DNA of 54,835 bases, from assembly GCA_013139985.1 (NCBI GenBank), contig WSZT01000164.1, positions 1 through 54,835 of the forward strand. The letters are read 5' to 3'. A model generated the notes under the pieces. That model did not search any database and was not told the DNA's origin. It saw nothing but the letters and a program-made list of their open reading frames with translations. Shown piece after piece: positions 17,877 to 26,188 of the stretch; the first letter of the stretch is position 1, and each line of letters opens with the position of its first letter. Both the position numbers and the translations under genes were made by a program. The stretch comes from Candidatus Methanophagales archaeon. GTDB lineage: Archaea > Halobacteriota > Syntropharchaeia > Alkanophagales > Methanospirareceae.

Positions 17877-18176
17877 ATGAAAAAGAAGAAGATTAAGTAC
17901 CGACAAAAGTATCATCCAAATGCATTCTTAGAGCGTAAGAGGAACGTTACAAAGGGGCTAAAAGCGAGGACGGAGATACTCGAGGTGTTAAGTGCGAGAG
18001 AAGATGCGCTCACAGTAAAGTCCGTGTCAGGGTTAGCAACGCTAAGTTATTCCTCTTCCTTTCATCATTTACGCCTGTTGGAGAAGGAAGAGATAGTGAA
18101 GCGAGAGGGGAAGAGGCCATATAAATGGAAAATAACGGGAACTGGGCAGAAGAGCCTTGGCGACCTTGACTTGTGA
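17877..18176 (+). CDS. small winged-helix (ArsR-like) DNA-binding protein
   Basis: 99-aa ORF. RTEILEVLSAREDALTVKSVSGLATLSYSSSFHHLRLLEKEEIVKRE fits a wHTH layout. Confidence 0.55.
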   Translation: MKKKKIKYRQKYHPNAFLERKRNVTKGLKARTEILEVLSAREDALTVKSVSGLATLSYSSSFHHLRLLEKEEIVKREGKRPYKWKITGTGQKSLGDLDL

Positions 18177-18232
18177 TAGGAATTCATTTTTATTTTCATT
18201 TTTATGCGCAAAGAAGGAATAATTAGAATTAG

Positions 18233-18318
18233 GTCGGGATAGCCAAGAGGTCTAAGGCGGTAGGTTGCTAACCTACTTCCCCTTACGGGGAGCGAGGGTT
18301 CGAATCCCTCTCCCGGCG
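18233..18318 (+). tRNA. tRNA-Ser (anticodon GCU), class II with a long variable arm
   Basis: Manual fold: acceptor GUCGGGA/UCCCGGC, anticodon stem GUAGG/CCUAC with loop UUGCUAA, variable arm UUCCCCUUACGGGGAGC, T arm GAGGG-UUCGAAU-CCCUC, discriminator G. Confidence 0.9.
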
Positions 18319-18321
18319 TTT

Positions 18322-19026
18322 ATGCTAAACTTACTTTCGTATCTATATGGAGGGATATTAAAGAGGGGTATATTGAACTCACCGATCCACGTGAAGCATG
18401 TTCTTCTTGTTATGGACGAAACAGATCTTCTTTCCACTGACTACGCGGATGCGAAAGGTACGGGAATGGAGAAGCTGCGGCATTTCATAAAGTGGTGTCA
18501 TGGACTGGAGATAAATGTTATAAGCGTTTATGTCGGCGTTATACGAGAAGGGATGGATAAGAACTTGTTGGAGCGGGCATACGCACAGCTAATGGAAGAG
18601 ATAACAAAGGCGTTGAGTAAAGAAAAAGCTTTGATTGCGCTCTATGATGACTCTTTTGAACCTACGCATGCAAAATACAGGGGGGCAGAGAAGGGCAATA
18701 ACGGAAAAAAGATAAATATTTCTATCGGCTTTGGTGGGCGAAGCGAGTTAACGAAAGCTATAAAAGAGATTGTGGGGCGAGTAGAGAGAGGGGAACTAGA
18801 GCCCGAAGAGATAGACGAGAAACTGCTGGAATCACAATTGATATTCAAGTCAGAACCCGACCTCGTTATAAGGTCTGGTGCAACCCGTTTAGCGGATTTC
18901 CTGATATGGCAATCGGTGTATAGCGAATTTTATTTCACTGATGTTAACTGGTTAAAATTCAGGAAGATCGATCTGTACCGTGCAGTTCGTGATTTCCAGT
19001 GGCGAGAGCGCAGATATGGACGCTGA
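18322..19026 (+). CDS. cis-prenyltransferase (UppS) family protein with a degenerate N-terminal catalytic motif
   Basis: The C-terminus IRSGATRLADFLIWQSVYSEFYFTDVNWLKFRKIDLYRAV..RERRYGR is UPPS-like. The N-terminal H(V/I)AxIMDGNRR motif reads HVLLVMDETDLL. Start set to the ATG at 18322, because the track ORF start lies inside the tRNA. Confidence 0.75.
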   Translation: MLNLLSYLYGGILKRGILNSPIHVKHVLLVMDETDLLSTDYADAKGTGMEKLRHFIKWCHGLEINVISVYVGVIREGMDKNLLERAYAQLMEEITKALSKEKALIALYDDSFEPTHAKYRGAEKGNNGKKINISIGFGGRSELTKAIKEIVGRVERGELEPEEIDEKLLESQLIFKSEPDLVIRSGATRLADFLIWQSVYSEFYFTDVNWLKFRKIDLYRAVRDFQWRERRYGR

Positions 19027-19111
19027 ATTTTTCGCATAACCTTTTTATATAACCGCTGTTATAGTAGCACAAATCGTTGAAAGATGCAGAAGGAGAGGAG
19101 ATAAATAAATA

Positions 19112-19342
19112 ATGAAAATAATTGTGTTGTCTGTGGTAGTGGGTATGATGCTGTTAACGTTAACAGTCGGAACAGTTGCAGGGGATGGATCTTTGATGAG
19201 TGCAATGGGCTGTAACTGCCCTCATAGTGGTCCGGCTATAGACTATTTGGACAACCCGTCAGACGACGACTATTTCTCGCCAAGTTTTTTGATGGGTGAG
19301 GATGCGGAAAGGAAAAGTTCTTCCAAAGAGCGTACGTCCTGA
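19112..19342 (+). CDS. signal-peptide/TM-bearing short ORF, possibly the frameshifted N-terminus of the downstream rhodanese
   Basis: Starts MKIIVLSVVVGMMLLTLTVGTVAG and overlaps the next ORF in another frame. Confidence 0.4.
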   Translation: MKIIVLSVVVGMMLLTLTVGTVAGDGSLMSAMGCNCPHSGPAIDYLDNPSDDDYFSPSFLMGEDAERKSSSKERTS

Positions 19343-20603
19343 TCGTTCGCATACCATTTTTGAAACTGCTATCCCAATTCGTCCTACAAATAGTCAATAT
19401 GAAAATCCCAGTCTCATTACCTACATAGACGAACTTAAGAATGTTAGTGATCCAAATGTCGTGATTGTGGATGTCCGTGTACCGGCAAAATATGCGGCGG
19501 GGCACATACCGGGAGCGATAAATTTGCCCTGGGAGCTTTTCAGAGCGGATAACGGTGTTCTGACTACTTTGGAAAATGTGACCGGACTCTTGGGGGAGTC
19601 TGGAATAAGCCCGGATAACGGAGTAATTGTGTATAGTGACACATGCCAGACCTGTGGCGGGCTTTCTGCATCTTCTTACATCTTCTGGACGCTCGAATAC
19701 ATCGGGCACGAAAACGTTTCGGTACTAGATGGCGGGTTTGAGGCATGGAATGCTACATATGGATACACAAAGAACATGACAACAAGATCGCCAACCACAT
19801 ATTATAGCGTAAATGTAATGGAAGATAAATTTGCAGACACCGAGTGGGTTCAAAATAACCGTAATAACACAATGGTTCAGATAGCGGATGCAAGAACGAC
19901 AGAAGACTACAATGCTGACCATATCGCAGGAGCAATCAACATAGAGTACGAAGAACTCTTTAGAGATGGATACCGGCTGAAGGGCGCAGATGATCTGGAG
20001 TTTCTTATATCGCCAGTCGTGATCAAGAGATTGGATAAAAGCAAGGATACGATCGTCTATTGCTGGTCTGGAGCGAGCTCGTCGTTCTTGTACTTTGCAT
20101 TGCGGTTGATGGGCTATCAAGTGCGGAATTATGATGAGTCTTGGAATGTATGGTGTGAAACGAATGATGTGCTAACTATACCGATCTCAAATGTGAGTGT
20201 AGAACCGAGTTTTGCATATAAAGGGAGTACAGTAAAGATATATGCTGAGGTTGAACTCAGGTCAGAAATGAAAGAAGAGTCAAAGGGGTCATTAATTATT
20301 CACGGCAATGGAAAAGCCCCCTATAACCCTGGTTCGTTCTGCGCAGGTTGTAGCGGTGTCTACGCTGTCCCGCTACCTACTACCGATGTCTCTTTTGTAC
20401 GGGCATACATACATAAAGAAGACAATGTTGGGACGACGGTTGTTATGCACGATTATAATGGTGATGGACGATATGAGGGCGAATGGCAGACATACTCCGC
20501 AGAAGAGGGAACATACTATATAGTTATTGAAGCAACCGATGGAGAACTAAAGACAACGAGTGCGGCAACGGTTGAAGTGGCGATAGATGCAGCGGGTCCT
20601 TAA
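19296..20603 (+). CDS. tandem-rhodanese sulfurtransferase with a C-terminal Ig-like extension
   Basis: Contains NVVIVDVRVPAKYAAGHIPGAINLPW and IADARTTEDYNADHIAGAINIEY..IVYCWSGASSS, an active-site Cys loop. Confidence 0.8.
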   Translation: MRMRKGKVLPKSVRPDRSHTIFETAIPIRPTNSQYENPSLITYIDELKNVSDPNVVIVDVRVPAKYAAGHIPGAINLPWELFRADNGVLTTLENVTGLLGESGISPDNGVIVYSDTCQTCGGLSASSYIFWTLEYIGHENVSVLDGGFEAWNATYGYTKNMTTRSPTTYYSVNVMEDKFADTEWVQNNRNNTMVQIADARTTEDYNADHIAGAINIEYEELFRDGYRLKGADDLEFLISPVVIKRLDKSKDTIVYCWSGASSSFLYFALRLMGYQVRNYDESWNVWCETNDVLTIPISNVSVEPSFAYKGSTVKIYAEVELRSEMKEESKGSLIIHGNGKAPYNPGSFCAGCSGVYAVPLPTTDVSFVRAYIHKEDNVGTTVVMHDYNGDGRYEGEWQTYSAEEGTYYIVIEATDGELKTTSAATVEVAIDAAGP

Positions 20604-20730
20604 ATATCAAGTCTCTTCAGCAGCGTCTCAACAGCTACTTTATGTTTATCCTCAACTGATTGAATGCAAACATATATAGGATATGCGATTCCTGTTGATT
20701 TTTGTAAAAAGCACTTGGAGGGAGATATTT

Positions 20731-20767
20731 TATTGTGTGGAAATCCCTGTAATCGATGGCACGGTGG
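20731..20767. repeat. degenerate family-1 repeat terminus
   Basis: TATTGTGTGGAAATCCCTGTAATCGATGGCACGG resembles CTCGTGGAAATCTGTGTAATCTTGTGGTT, the terminus of copy B. Confidence 0.35.
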
Positions 20768-20941
20768 TATGAAAGAGGCATTTAAGAAGATAAATGAGAG
20801 GGTGTATACTACCAAGGAGGGATGGAGAATTCCGCTTGAACTATGACACACAACTGTGCAAAAGGGTTGTCAATAAGGGATAGGATGTGCAAGTTCCTGA
20901 TACATACAATGGAACCATCACAATATCGTTCGTTTTCTCCC

Positions 20942-20975
20942 CTCTGTGTAATTAATCTCGTGCAATCGCGTGGTC
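20942..20975. repeat. degenerate family-1 repeat terminus
   Basis: CTCTGTGTAATTAATCTCGTGCAATCGCGTGGTCC resembles CTTGTGTTAATCTTGTGAAATCTCGTGGTT, the terminus of copy A. Confidence 0.35.
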
Positions 20976-20984
20976 CCTTCCTTT

Positions 20985-22382
20985 TCACAATCCCTCCAAA
21001 ATCTTCGCGAAATTCTTATCGGCATTCCGCTTCTTAAACTTTACCAATTTCGCAATCTCCTTCTTATCCACTTCAGCGCGTGTGAACTCAGTAGCATCCA
21101 GCAGCTTCTTACCTGCTTTTGACCGTACAATCACAGTAGAATACCCATCAGGACTGCCAACCGAGCCGATAGCAATGTCGGCAAGCCGGGATGCGAAATC
21201 GTCACAGAACGAACAGCCTTCTCTTATCTCCGACTCCATCTCCCGCACATCGCATGAATATTCCTTGCCACCACCCGTAACGATATATTTCCCTTTGCTT
21301 ATCTGCGTCTTTTCCGCTTTATCGAGTTCAACGCCAAATGTCCGTTTCGTATACGCTTTTAAACCCAAGTAATCGAAACTCTCAAAACAGAACAAGCCTA
21401 ATATGGTCAGCTCCGCGCCAGGATATTCGCGTTCCAAATCCCACAGTTGCTGCAGCTTCCGCACCGCTCTGACTTCACACGGTGTTCCAACCACTGCAAT
21501 TCGTCTCTTACCCGCTTTCAGCGCTGCCTCTAGCTTAGACATCAGAGGCACACGCAGATATTTCGTTCCTCTCGCACTCAATATTCCGGCTACATCATCA
21601 GCTACCACATACTCCGCATTATAACCCGCCGCTCGCTGCACCACAAGTGCAGCATCAAAGATATTATTCTCAATACCTGCAATGAGCAGTGCGGTAACCA
21701 TTCCACCGTCTTGGCCACCCGTAGCAGCCTTACCGGCAATAATATCGTTATAAACGCCCAGTTCTTCATCACGTTCGCCCACCAGGTATTTATCCTCCAG
21801 TTCCGCTATGTCCTCGGCCGTAGTCGGATATATATTCTTCTCCCGCTTTATTGCGTCCGTGGGGCATACAAGAGCGCACGAACCACAACCGATGCAATCG
21901 TCAGATAGCTCCCTGTACGGTGTACCAACTTCGCGCTCTACACCACGACTTATAACATTAATCGCCGAGACACCAACTAACTCATCACAGACCCGTGTGC
22001 ACAATCCGCAAAGAATACATCGTTCATCTTCCAATACGAATCGCGGCTTTACAACGCCATATTCACGTGCCATGCTTTGTATCCGCCCTTCTTCCGGACA
22101 TCGTGCCAGCAGCAGTTCCAGGAGCATCTTCCTTATCGCTATAATATCCGGCGACTTAGTGCTCACGACCAGTCCCTCCTCAGCGGGATAATTACAGGCA
22201 GTGACAACCTTCTTCCGGCCTCGTTTCTCTATCTCCACTGAGCATAACCTGCAAGCGCCAAGAGGCTCTAACGCGGGATGATAACATAACGTAGGAATAT
22301 CAATGCCAATGCTTCGCGCAGCCTCTAATATTGTCTGCCCTTCCTCTATTTTGACACCCCTACCGTCAATTTCCATTTTCAT
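20985..22382 (-). CDS. fusion protein: [2Fe-2S] plus 2x[4Fe-4S] ferredoxin N-terminus (HydA/NuoG-N-like) joined to an FrhB/FdhB-type F420-binding flavoprotein C-terminus
   Basis: N-terminus: IDGRGVKIEEGQTILEAARSIGIDIPTLCYHP..GACRLCSVEI. Fe-S motifs: CILCGLCTRVCDE and CIGCGSCALVCPTDAI. FrhB-like part: GGQDGGMVTALL..IAVVGTPCEVRAVRKL..ILGLFCFESF..GCSFCDDFASRLADIAIGSVGSPDGYSTVIVRSKAG. Confidence 0.85.
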   Translation of the reverse strand: MKMEIDGRGVKIEEGQTILEAARSIGIDIPTLCYHPALEPLGACRLCSVEIEKRGRKKVVTACNYPAEEGLVVSTKSPDIIAIRKMLLELLLARCPEEGRIQSMAREYGVVKPRFVLEDERCILCGLCTRVCDELVGVSAINVISRGVEREVGTPYRELSDDCIGCGSCALVCPTDAIKREKNIYPTTAEDIAELEDKYLVGERDEELGVYNDIIAGKAATGGQDGGMVTALLIAGIENNIFDAALVVQRAAGYNAEYVVADDVAGILSARGTKYLRVPLMSKLEAALKAGKRRIAVVGTPCEVRAVRKLQQLWDLEREYPGAELTILGLFCFESFDYLGLKAYTKRTFGVELDKAEKTQISKGKYIVTGGGKEYSCDVREMESEIREGCSFCDDFASRLADIAIGSVGSPDGYSTVIVRSKAGKKLLDATEFTRAEVDKKEIAKLVKFKKRNADKNFAKILEGL

Positions 22383-24337
22383 CGCTCGTCCCCCCCTCCT
22401 TCGCCCTTTGCCTTTTGCCCTTTGCCCCTTTCTATCACCCTCTCCGCTTCCGGAATAGGCGGTGGAACTGGTTCACCCGAAATCTTCATCACTGCACCCA
22501 CCTTAGACGGACAAACGTCATAGCAAATACCGCACTTTATGCATTTTGTCTGATCTATCACGTGTATCACGCGCTTATCGCCTTCTATCGCACCCTCGGG
22601 ACAATTCTTCATGCAGAGCCGGCATGCAGTGCACTTATCGGGCTCTATATAAAAAGAGATCAGGTTTTTACATACCAGTGCCGGGCATCTCCTCTCCTTT
22701 ATATGCGCTTCATATTCGTCGCTGAAATACCGTATGGTACTTAAAACCGGATTAGCGGCTGTTGTCCCCAAAGCACATAGTGACGCGCTCTTCATCACAT
22801 CCGATATCTCTTTAAGCAGTTCTATATCTCCCTCTCGGCCTTTGCCGGCAACGATACCATTCAGTATCTCACGCATACGCTTTAAGCCCTCACGACAGGG
22901 CACGCATTTGCCACACGATTCATTACAGAGGAAATCCACAAAGTACCGCGCTATATCCACGATACACGTGTCTTCGTCCATAACGATCATACCGCCCGAG
23001 CCCATCATCGAACCCAACTTCGTAAGTGCATCGAAATCCACTGGTGTGTCGAGATACTGTTCGGGAATCACTCCGCCTGATGGGCCTCCGGTTTGGACAG
23101 CTTTGAATCTCTTCCCTCCGGGAATACCACCACCGATCTTATATATTATGTCCCTCAGTGTGGTGCCCATGGGTACTTCCACTAAACCGGTATTGTTCAC
23201 CTTGCCCACAAGCGAGAAGATCTTTGTCCCTTTGCTGCCTTCCGTTCCAATCGAGTTAAACCAATCGGCACCTTTTCTTATTATCAGTGGCACCGTTGCA
23301 TAAGTCTCAACATTATTTAAATTGCTCGGCTTGTCCCAAACGCCACTGTCAGAGGTATGGATATATTTAGGTCTCGGTTCGCCTACCTTCCCTTCTATCG
23401 CATTCATTAACGCACTCGATTCGCCGGAAACGAAAGCGCCCGCACCTCTGTGCACCTTTACGTCGAATTCGAATCCCGAGCCCAAGATGTCTTTTCCCAG
23501 GAACCCGTATTCCCTCGCCTGTTCGAGAGCAATAGCAAGATTCTTCACCGCTAGTGGATACTCCTGACGCACGTAAACGAAACCCTGCTGAGAGCCTATG
23601 GCGTATGCCGCGATTGCTAAGCCCTCAAGAACCCTGTGTGGATTCCCTTCCATAATTGATCGGTCCATATATGCACCGGGATCGCCTTCATCGCAGTTGA
23701 CGATTACATATTTGGGCTCGCCCGTAGCATTTCGTGTAGACTCCCATTTCCTACCTGCGGGAAAGCCACCACCGCCACGACCACGTAAATTCGCTCTTTT
23801 CACTTCTTCCAATACCTCTTCGGGCGTCATCTCGTGCAATACCTTGGCTAATGCCAGGTACCCGCCAAGAGCGATGTAATCATCAACATTTGCCGGATCA
23901 ACCCATAGGTTACCGCTAAAAACAACACGAGTTTGGTATTTGTAGAATGGGATCTCATGTTCATGGACAATTCGTGCTCCCGTGCTAGGGTCGTAGTAAA
24001 GCAGCCGCTCAATAATTTCATTCTCCTTTATGGTCTTGGCGATAATTTCCGGAACATCCTCGGGCGTTACATTGAGGTAACATAGTTCTCCTGGATAAAT
24101 CACTATTATTGGGCCTCGCTCACAAAATCCGTGACAGCCTGTCCTTCGGACGCCCACATCTTCTGTTAAACCTTGTTTCTCCAACTCAGCCTGAATTGCC
24201 GCGGCGACCGCATCGCTGCCCGTGGCATGGCATGCCGTTCCTGAACATATTGTGATATATGGCTTACTCAAGTCCCGTTTTGAGGTGATATTGTTTCTCA
24301 GTGCCTTCAATTCCGCTTTTGAGTTTATTCTTGGCAT
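22379..24337 (-). CDS. NuoF/HydB-like NAD(P)H-binding FMN flavoprotein with an extra N-terminal [2Fe-2S] and C-terminal 2x[4Fe-4S] domains
   Basis: Contains TICSGTACHATGS..CHGFCERGP, GRGGGGFPAGRKWE, NCDEGDPGAYMDRSIMEGNPH and ESCGKCVPCREG..SLCALG. The C-terminus has CTACRLCMKNCPEGAI and CIKCGICYDVCPS. An ATGA overlap links it to the downstream gene. Confidence 0.9.
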   Translation of the reverse strand: MPRINSKAELKALRNNITSKRDLSKPYITICSGTACHATGSDAVAAAIQAELEKQGLTEDVGVRRTGCHGFCERGPIIVIYPGELCYLNVTPEDVPEIIAKTIKENEIIERLLYYDPSTGARIVHEHEIPFYKYQTRVVFSGNLWVDPANVDDYIALGGYLALAKVLHEMTPEEVLEEVKRANLRGRGGGGFPAGRKWESTRNATGEPKYVIVNCDEGDPGAYMDRSIMEGNPHRVLEGLAIAAYAIGSQQGFVYVRQEYPLAVKNLAIALEQAREYGFLGKDILGSGFEFDVKVHRGAGAFVSGESSALMNAIEGKVGEPRPKYIHTSDSGVWDKPSNLNNVETYATVPLIIRKGADWFNSIGTEGSKGTKIFSLVGKVNNTGLVEVPMGTTLRDIIYKIGGGIPGGKRFKAVQTGGPSGGVIPEQYLDTPVDFDALTKLGSMMGSGGMIVMDEDTCIVDIARYFVDFLCNESCGKCVPCREGLKRMREILNGIVAGKGREGDIELLKEISDVMKSASLCALGTTAANPVLSTIRYFSDEYEAHIKERRCPALVCKNLISFYIEPDKCTACRLCMKNCPEGAIEGDKRVIHVIDQTKCIKCGICYDVCPSKVGAVMKISGEPVPPPIPEAERVIERGKGQKAKGEGGGDER

Positions 24338-24354
24338 TTCTTCCTCCTACCTAC

Positions 24355-24816
24355 CTACTCATACGTTTCTAAAATCCCCTCTACCATTGCTGGCGTAATC
24401 TTGCCGTGATAAATACCATCTACCACTATCACCGGTCCCATGGCACAACAGCCAAGGCAATTTACTCGCTTCAAACTAAACCGCATGTCAGGCGTTGTCT
24501 CCCCACCTTTTATCTTTAAATCCCCCTCTAGTCGATCCAGAATCTTCGGCGCACCTCGTACCTGGCAGGCAGTGCCAAGACAAACCTGTATTATGTGTCG
24601 ACCTACCGGCTCCAGGCTCATAGCTTCATAAAAACTCGCTATTCGGTATACATGGCTTTTCGGAATCTGCATCCGCGCGCTTATTTGCGTTATCGCTTCG
24701 TTCGAGATCCAGTTGAATTCGCTCTGGATGTCCAACAGTAACTGAATCAAAACACCTTCTTCGCCTTTATAGCGCTCTATTATCTCATCCACTCTTTTCA
24801 GGTCTATTTCTACCAT
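24355..24816 (-). CDS. NuoE/HoxE/HydC-like thioredoxin-fold [2Fe-2S] subunit
   Basis: Contains VCLGTACQVRGA..VNCLGCCAMGPVIVVDG, the four-Cys NuoE pattern. A GGAGG-type SD precedes the downstream gene. Confidence 0.9.
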   Translation of the reverse strand: MVEIDLKRVDEIIERYKGEEGVLIQLLLDIQSEFNWISNEAITQISARMQIPKSHVYRIASFYEAMSLEPVGRHIIQVCLGTACQVRGAPKILDRLEGDLKIKGGETTPDMRFSLKRVNCLGCCAMGPVIVVDGIYHGKITPAMVEGILETYE

Positions 24817-24825
24817 TTTACCCCA

Positions 24826-24969
24826 TCACCTCTCACCCGCTGCTCTTTTTAGCCCTATGGGCGTCAGCATTTCTCTTCCATAAAGCTTCAAAGGCTTAAT
24901 TGCCATCTCATCTGCTCCAAGCGACGAAATCAAATAATCATCCGGCAAATTAGAAATCTCAAAATCCAT
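24826..24969 (-). CDS. possible 47-aa leader ORF of the NuoE/NuoF/FrhB operon (speculative)
   Basis: Translation is MDFEISNLPDDYLISSLGADEMAIKPLKLYGREMLTPIGLKRAAGER*. GAGGTGGA lies 7 nt upstream of its ATG, and its stop is 9 nt before the nuoE-like ATG. It is below the ORF-track size cut-off and has no recognisable motif. Confidence 0.3.
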   Translation of the reverse strand: MDFEISNLPDDYLISSLGADEMAIKPLKLYGREMLTPIGLKRAAGER

Positions 24970-25147
24970 CCTTTCTTCCACCTCTCGCTGTATAATCTTC
25001 ACTCCACCTAAAGAAGCTGAGCTTTATCATTACCGATGAACTTATTTTGTAGATGGGCTTATAAATGTTGCGATTTTTTCCGGCTCTTTTGATCTAACAT
25101 TCTTAAATAAATAAATTATACCTTTGGGATAAATAAGTAATTCAAAG

Positions 25148-26146
25148 ATGAAACACGAACAAGAGATAGAGCAATTGAATTCGCAGGCACGTGCATACTC
25201 GTCCAAATTAAATGATACCCTAAACGAACTAAAAAGAGTTATTGTCGGTCAGGAACTAGTATTGAGTAAATTGCTGATCTGCCTTATCGCCGAGGGGCAT
25301 GTTCTTCTTGAAGGTGTGCCCGGTCTGGCGAAGACATTAATGGTAAAGACGTTATCAGATACAGTATCAGCGCAATTCTGCCGTATTCAATTCACCCCGG
25401 ACCTGCTGCCTGCGGACATTACCGGAACGAAGATCTATGACCACCGGACAGCGAGCTTTAGCACGCAAAAAGGGCCCATCTTCAATAATTTCATTCTCGC
25501 CGATGAGATAAACCGGGCACCACCAAAGGTGCAATCCGCTTTGTTGGAAGCCATGCAGGAGCGGCAGGTGAGCATACAGGGCGAAACGTTCATGCTAGAT
25601 CGCCCGTTCCTGGTTCTGGCAACACAAAACCCCATAGAGACCGAGGGCACATACAAACTACCGGAAGCTCAAGTTGATAGATTCTCGTTTAAGCTGCTGG
25701 TTGACTACCCGAATAAGGACGAGGAGCGGGTAATAATCCAGCGGAATACGCAGGGTATTGTGCTAGCACCCGGTAAAGTCCTTACTGCTGGGGATATAAT
25801 CGAAATGCAACAGTTTAATCAAAAGATTTATGCCGATGAGAAGATAGAGGAATATGTTACAGAACTTGTAGATGCAACGAGGTATCCTGAGAATTATACG
25901 CTGGGGAGGGATATTAATGGTCTGATCGAGTACGGAGCTTCGCCAAGAGCGTCTATATGGTCTATTCTTACCGGTAAAGCGCACGCATTACTAAATGGTC
26001 GTGGCTATGTTATCCCTGAAGATATTAAAGCGGTCGTACATGATGTGCTCAGGCATCGTATAATTCTGACCTATGAAGCCGATGCAGAGGGCATTACTTC
26101 TGACCATATTATTGATATGCTTGTTGCGAATATCAAGGCGCCGTAA
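25148..26146 (+). CDS. MoxR-family AAA+ ATPase
   Basis: Contains VIVGQELVLSKLLICLIAEGHVLLEGVPGLAKT, ILADEINRAPPKVQSALLEAMQE and ATQNPIETEGTYKLPEAQVDRF. Confidence 0.9.
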   Translation: MKHEQEIEQLNSQARAYSSKLNDTLNELKRVIVGQELVLSKLLICLIAEGHVLLEGVPGLAKTLMVKTLSDTVSAQFCRIQFTPDLLPADITGTKIYDHRTASFSTQKGPIFNNFILADEINRAPPKVQSALLEAMQERQVSIQGETFMLDRPFLVLATQNPIETEGTYKLPEAQVDRFSFKLLVDYPNKDEERVIIQRNTQGIVLAPGKVLTAGDIIEMQQFNQKIYADEKIEEYVTELVDATRYPENYTLGRDINGLIEYGASPRASIWSILTGKAHALLNGRGYVIPEDIKAVVHDVLRHRIILTYEADAEGITSDHIIDMLVANIKAP

Positions 26147-26188
26147 GCGAGTTTGTGAGTTTGTAAGTTAGCAAGGAAATAAAGTATT

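Noticed and set aside
18265-18321. N-terminal extension of the UppS-like ORF given in the ORF track
   Set aside because: These codons lie inside the tRNA-Ser gene, and the first ATG after the tRNA (18322) gives a sensible start.
20600-21037. ORFs of 60-83 aa in the gap between the rhodanese gene and the FrhB-fusion gene
   Set aside because: The region contains degenerate repeat termini and has non-coding composition. The ORFs overlap each other in different frames and lack motifs.
22734-23303. 189-aa plus-strand ORF, plus other plus-strand ORFs between 21082 and 24631
   Set aside because: All are antisense to the well-supported NuoE/NuoF/FrhB-fusion genes and are Ser/Pro-rich shadow frames.
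25148-26146. MoxR ATPase as part of a MoxR-VWA-DUF58 system
   Set aside because: No VWA or DUF58 partner follows, as pheS is next. It appears to be a stand-alone housekeeping copy, and nothing unusual is visible in the sequence.
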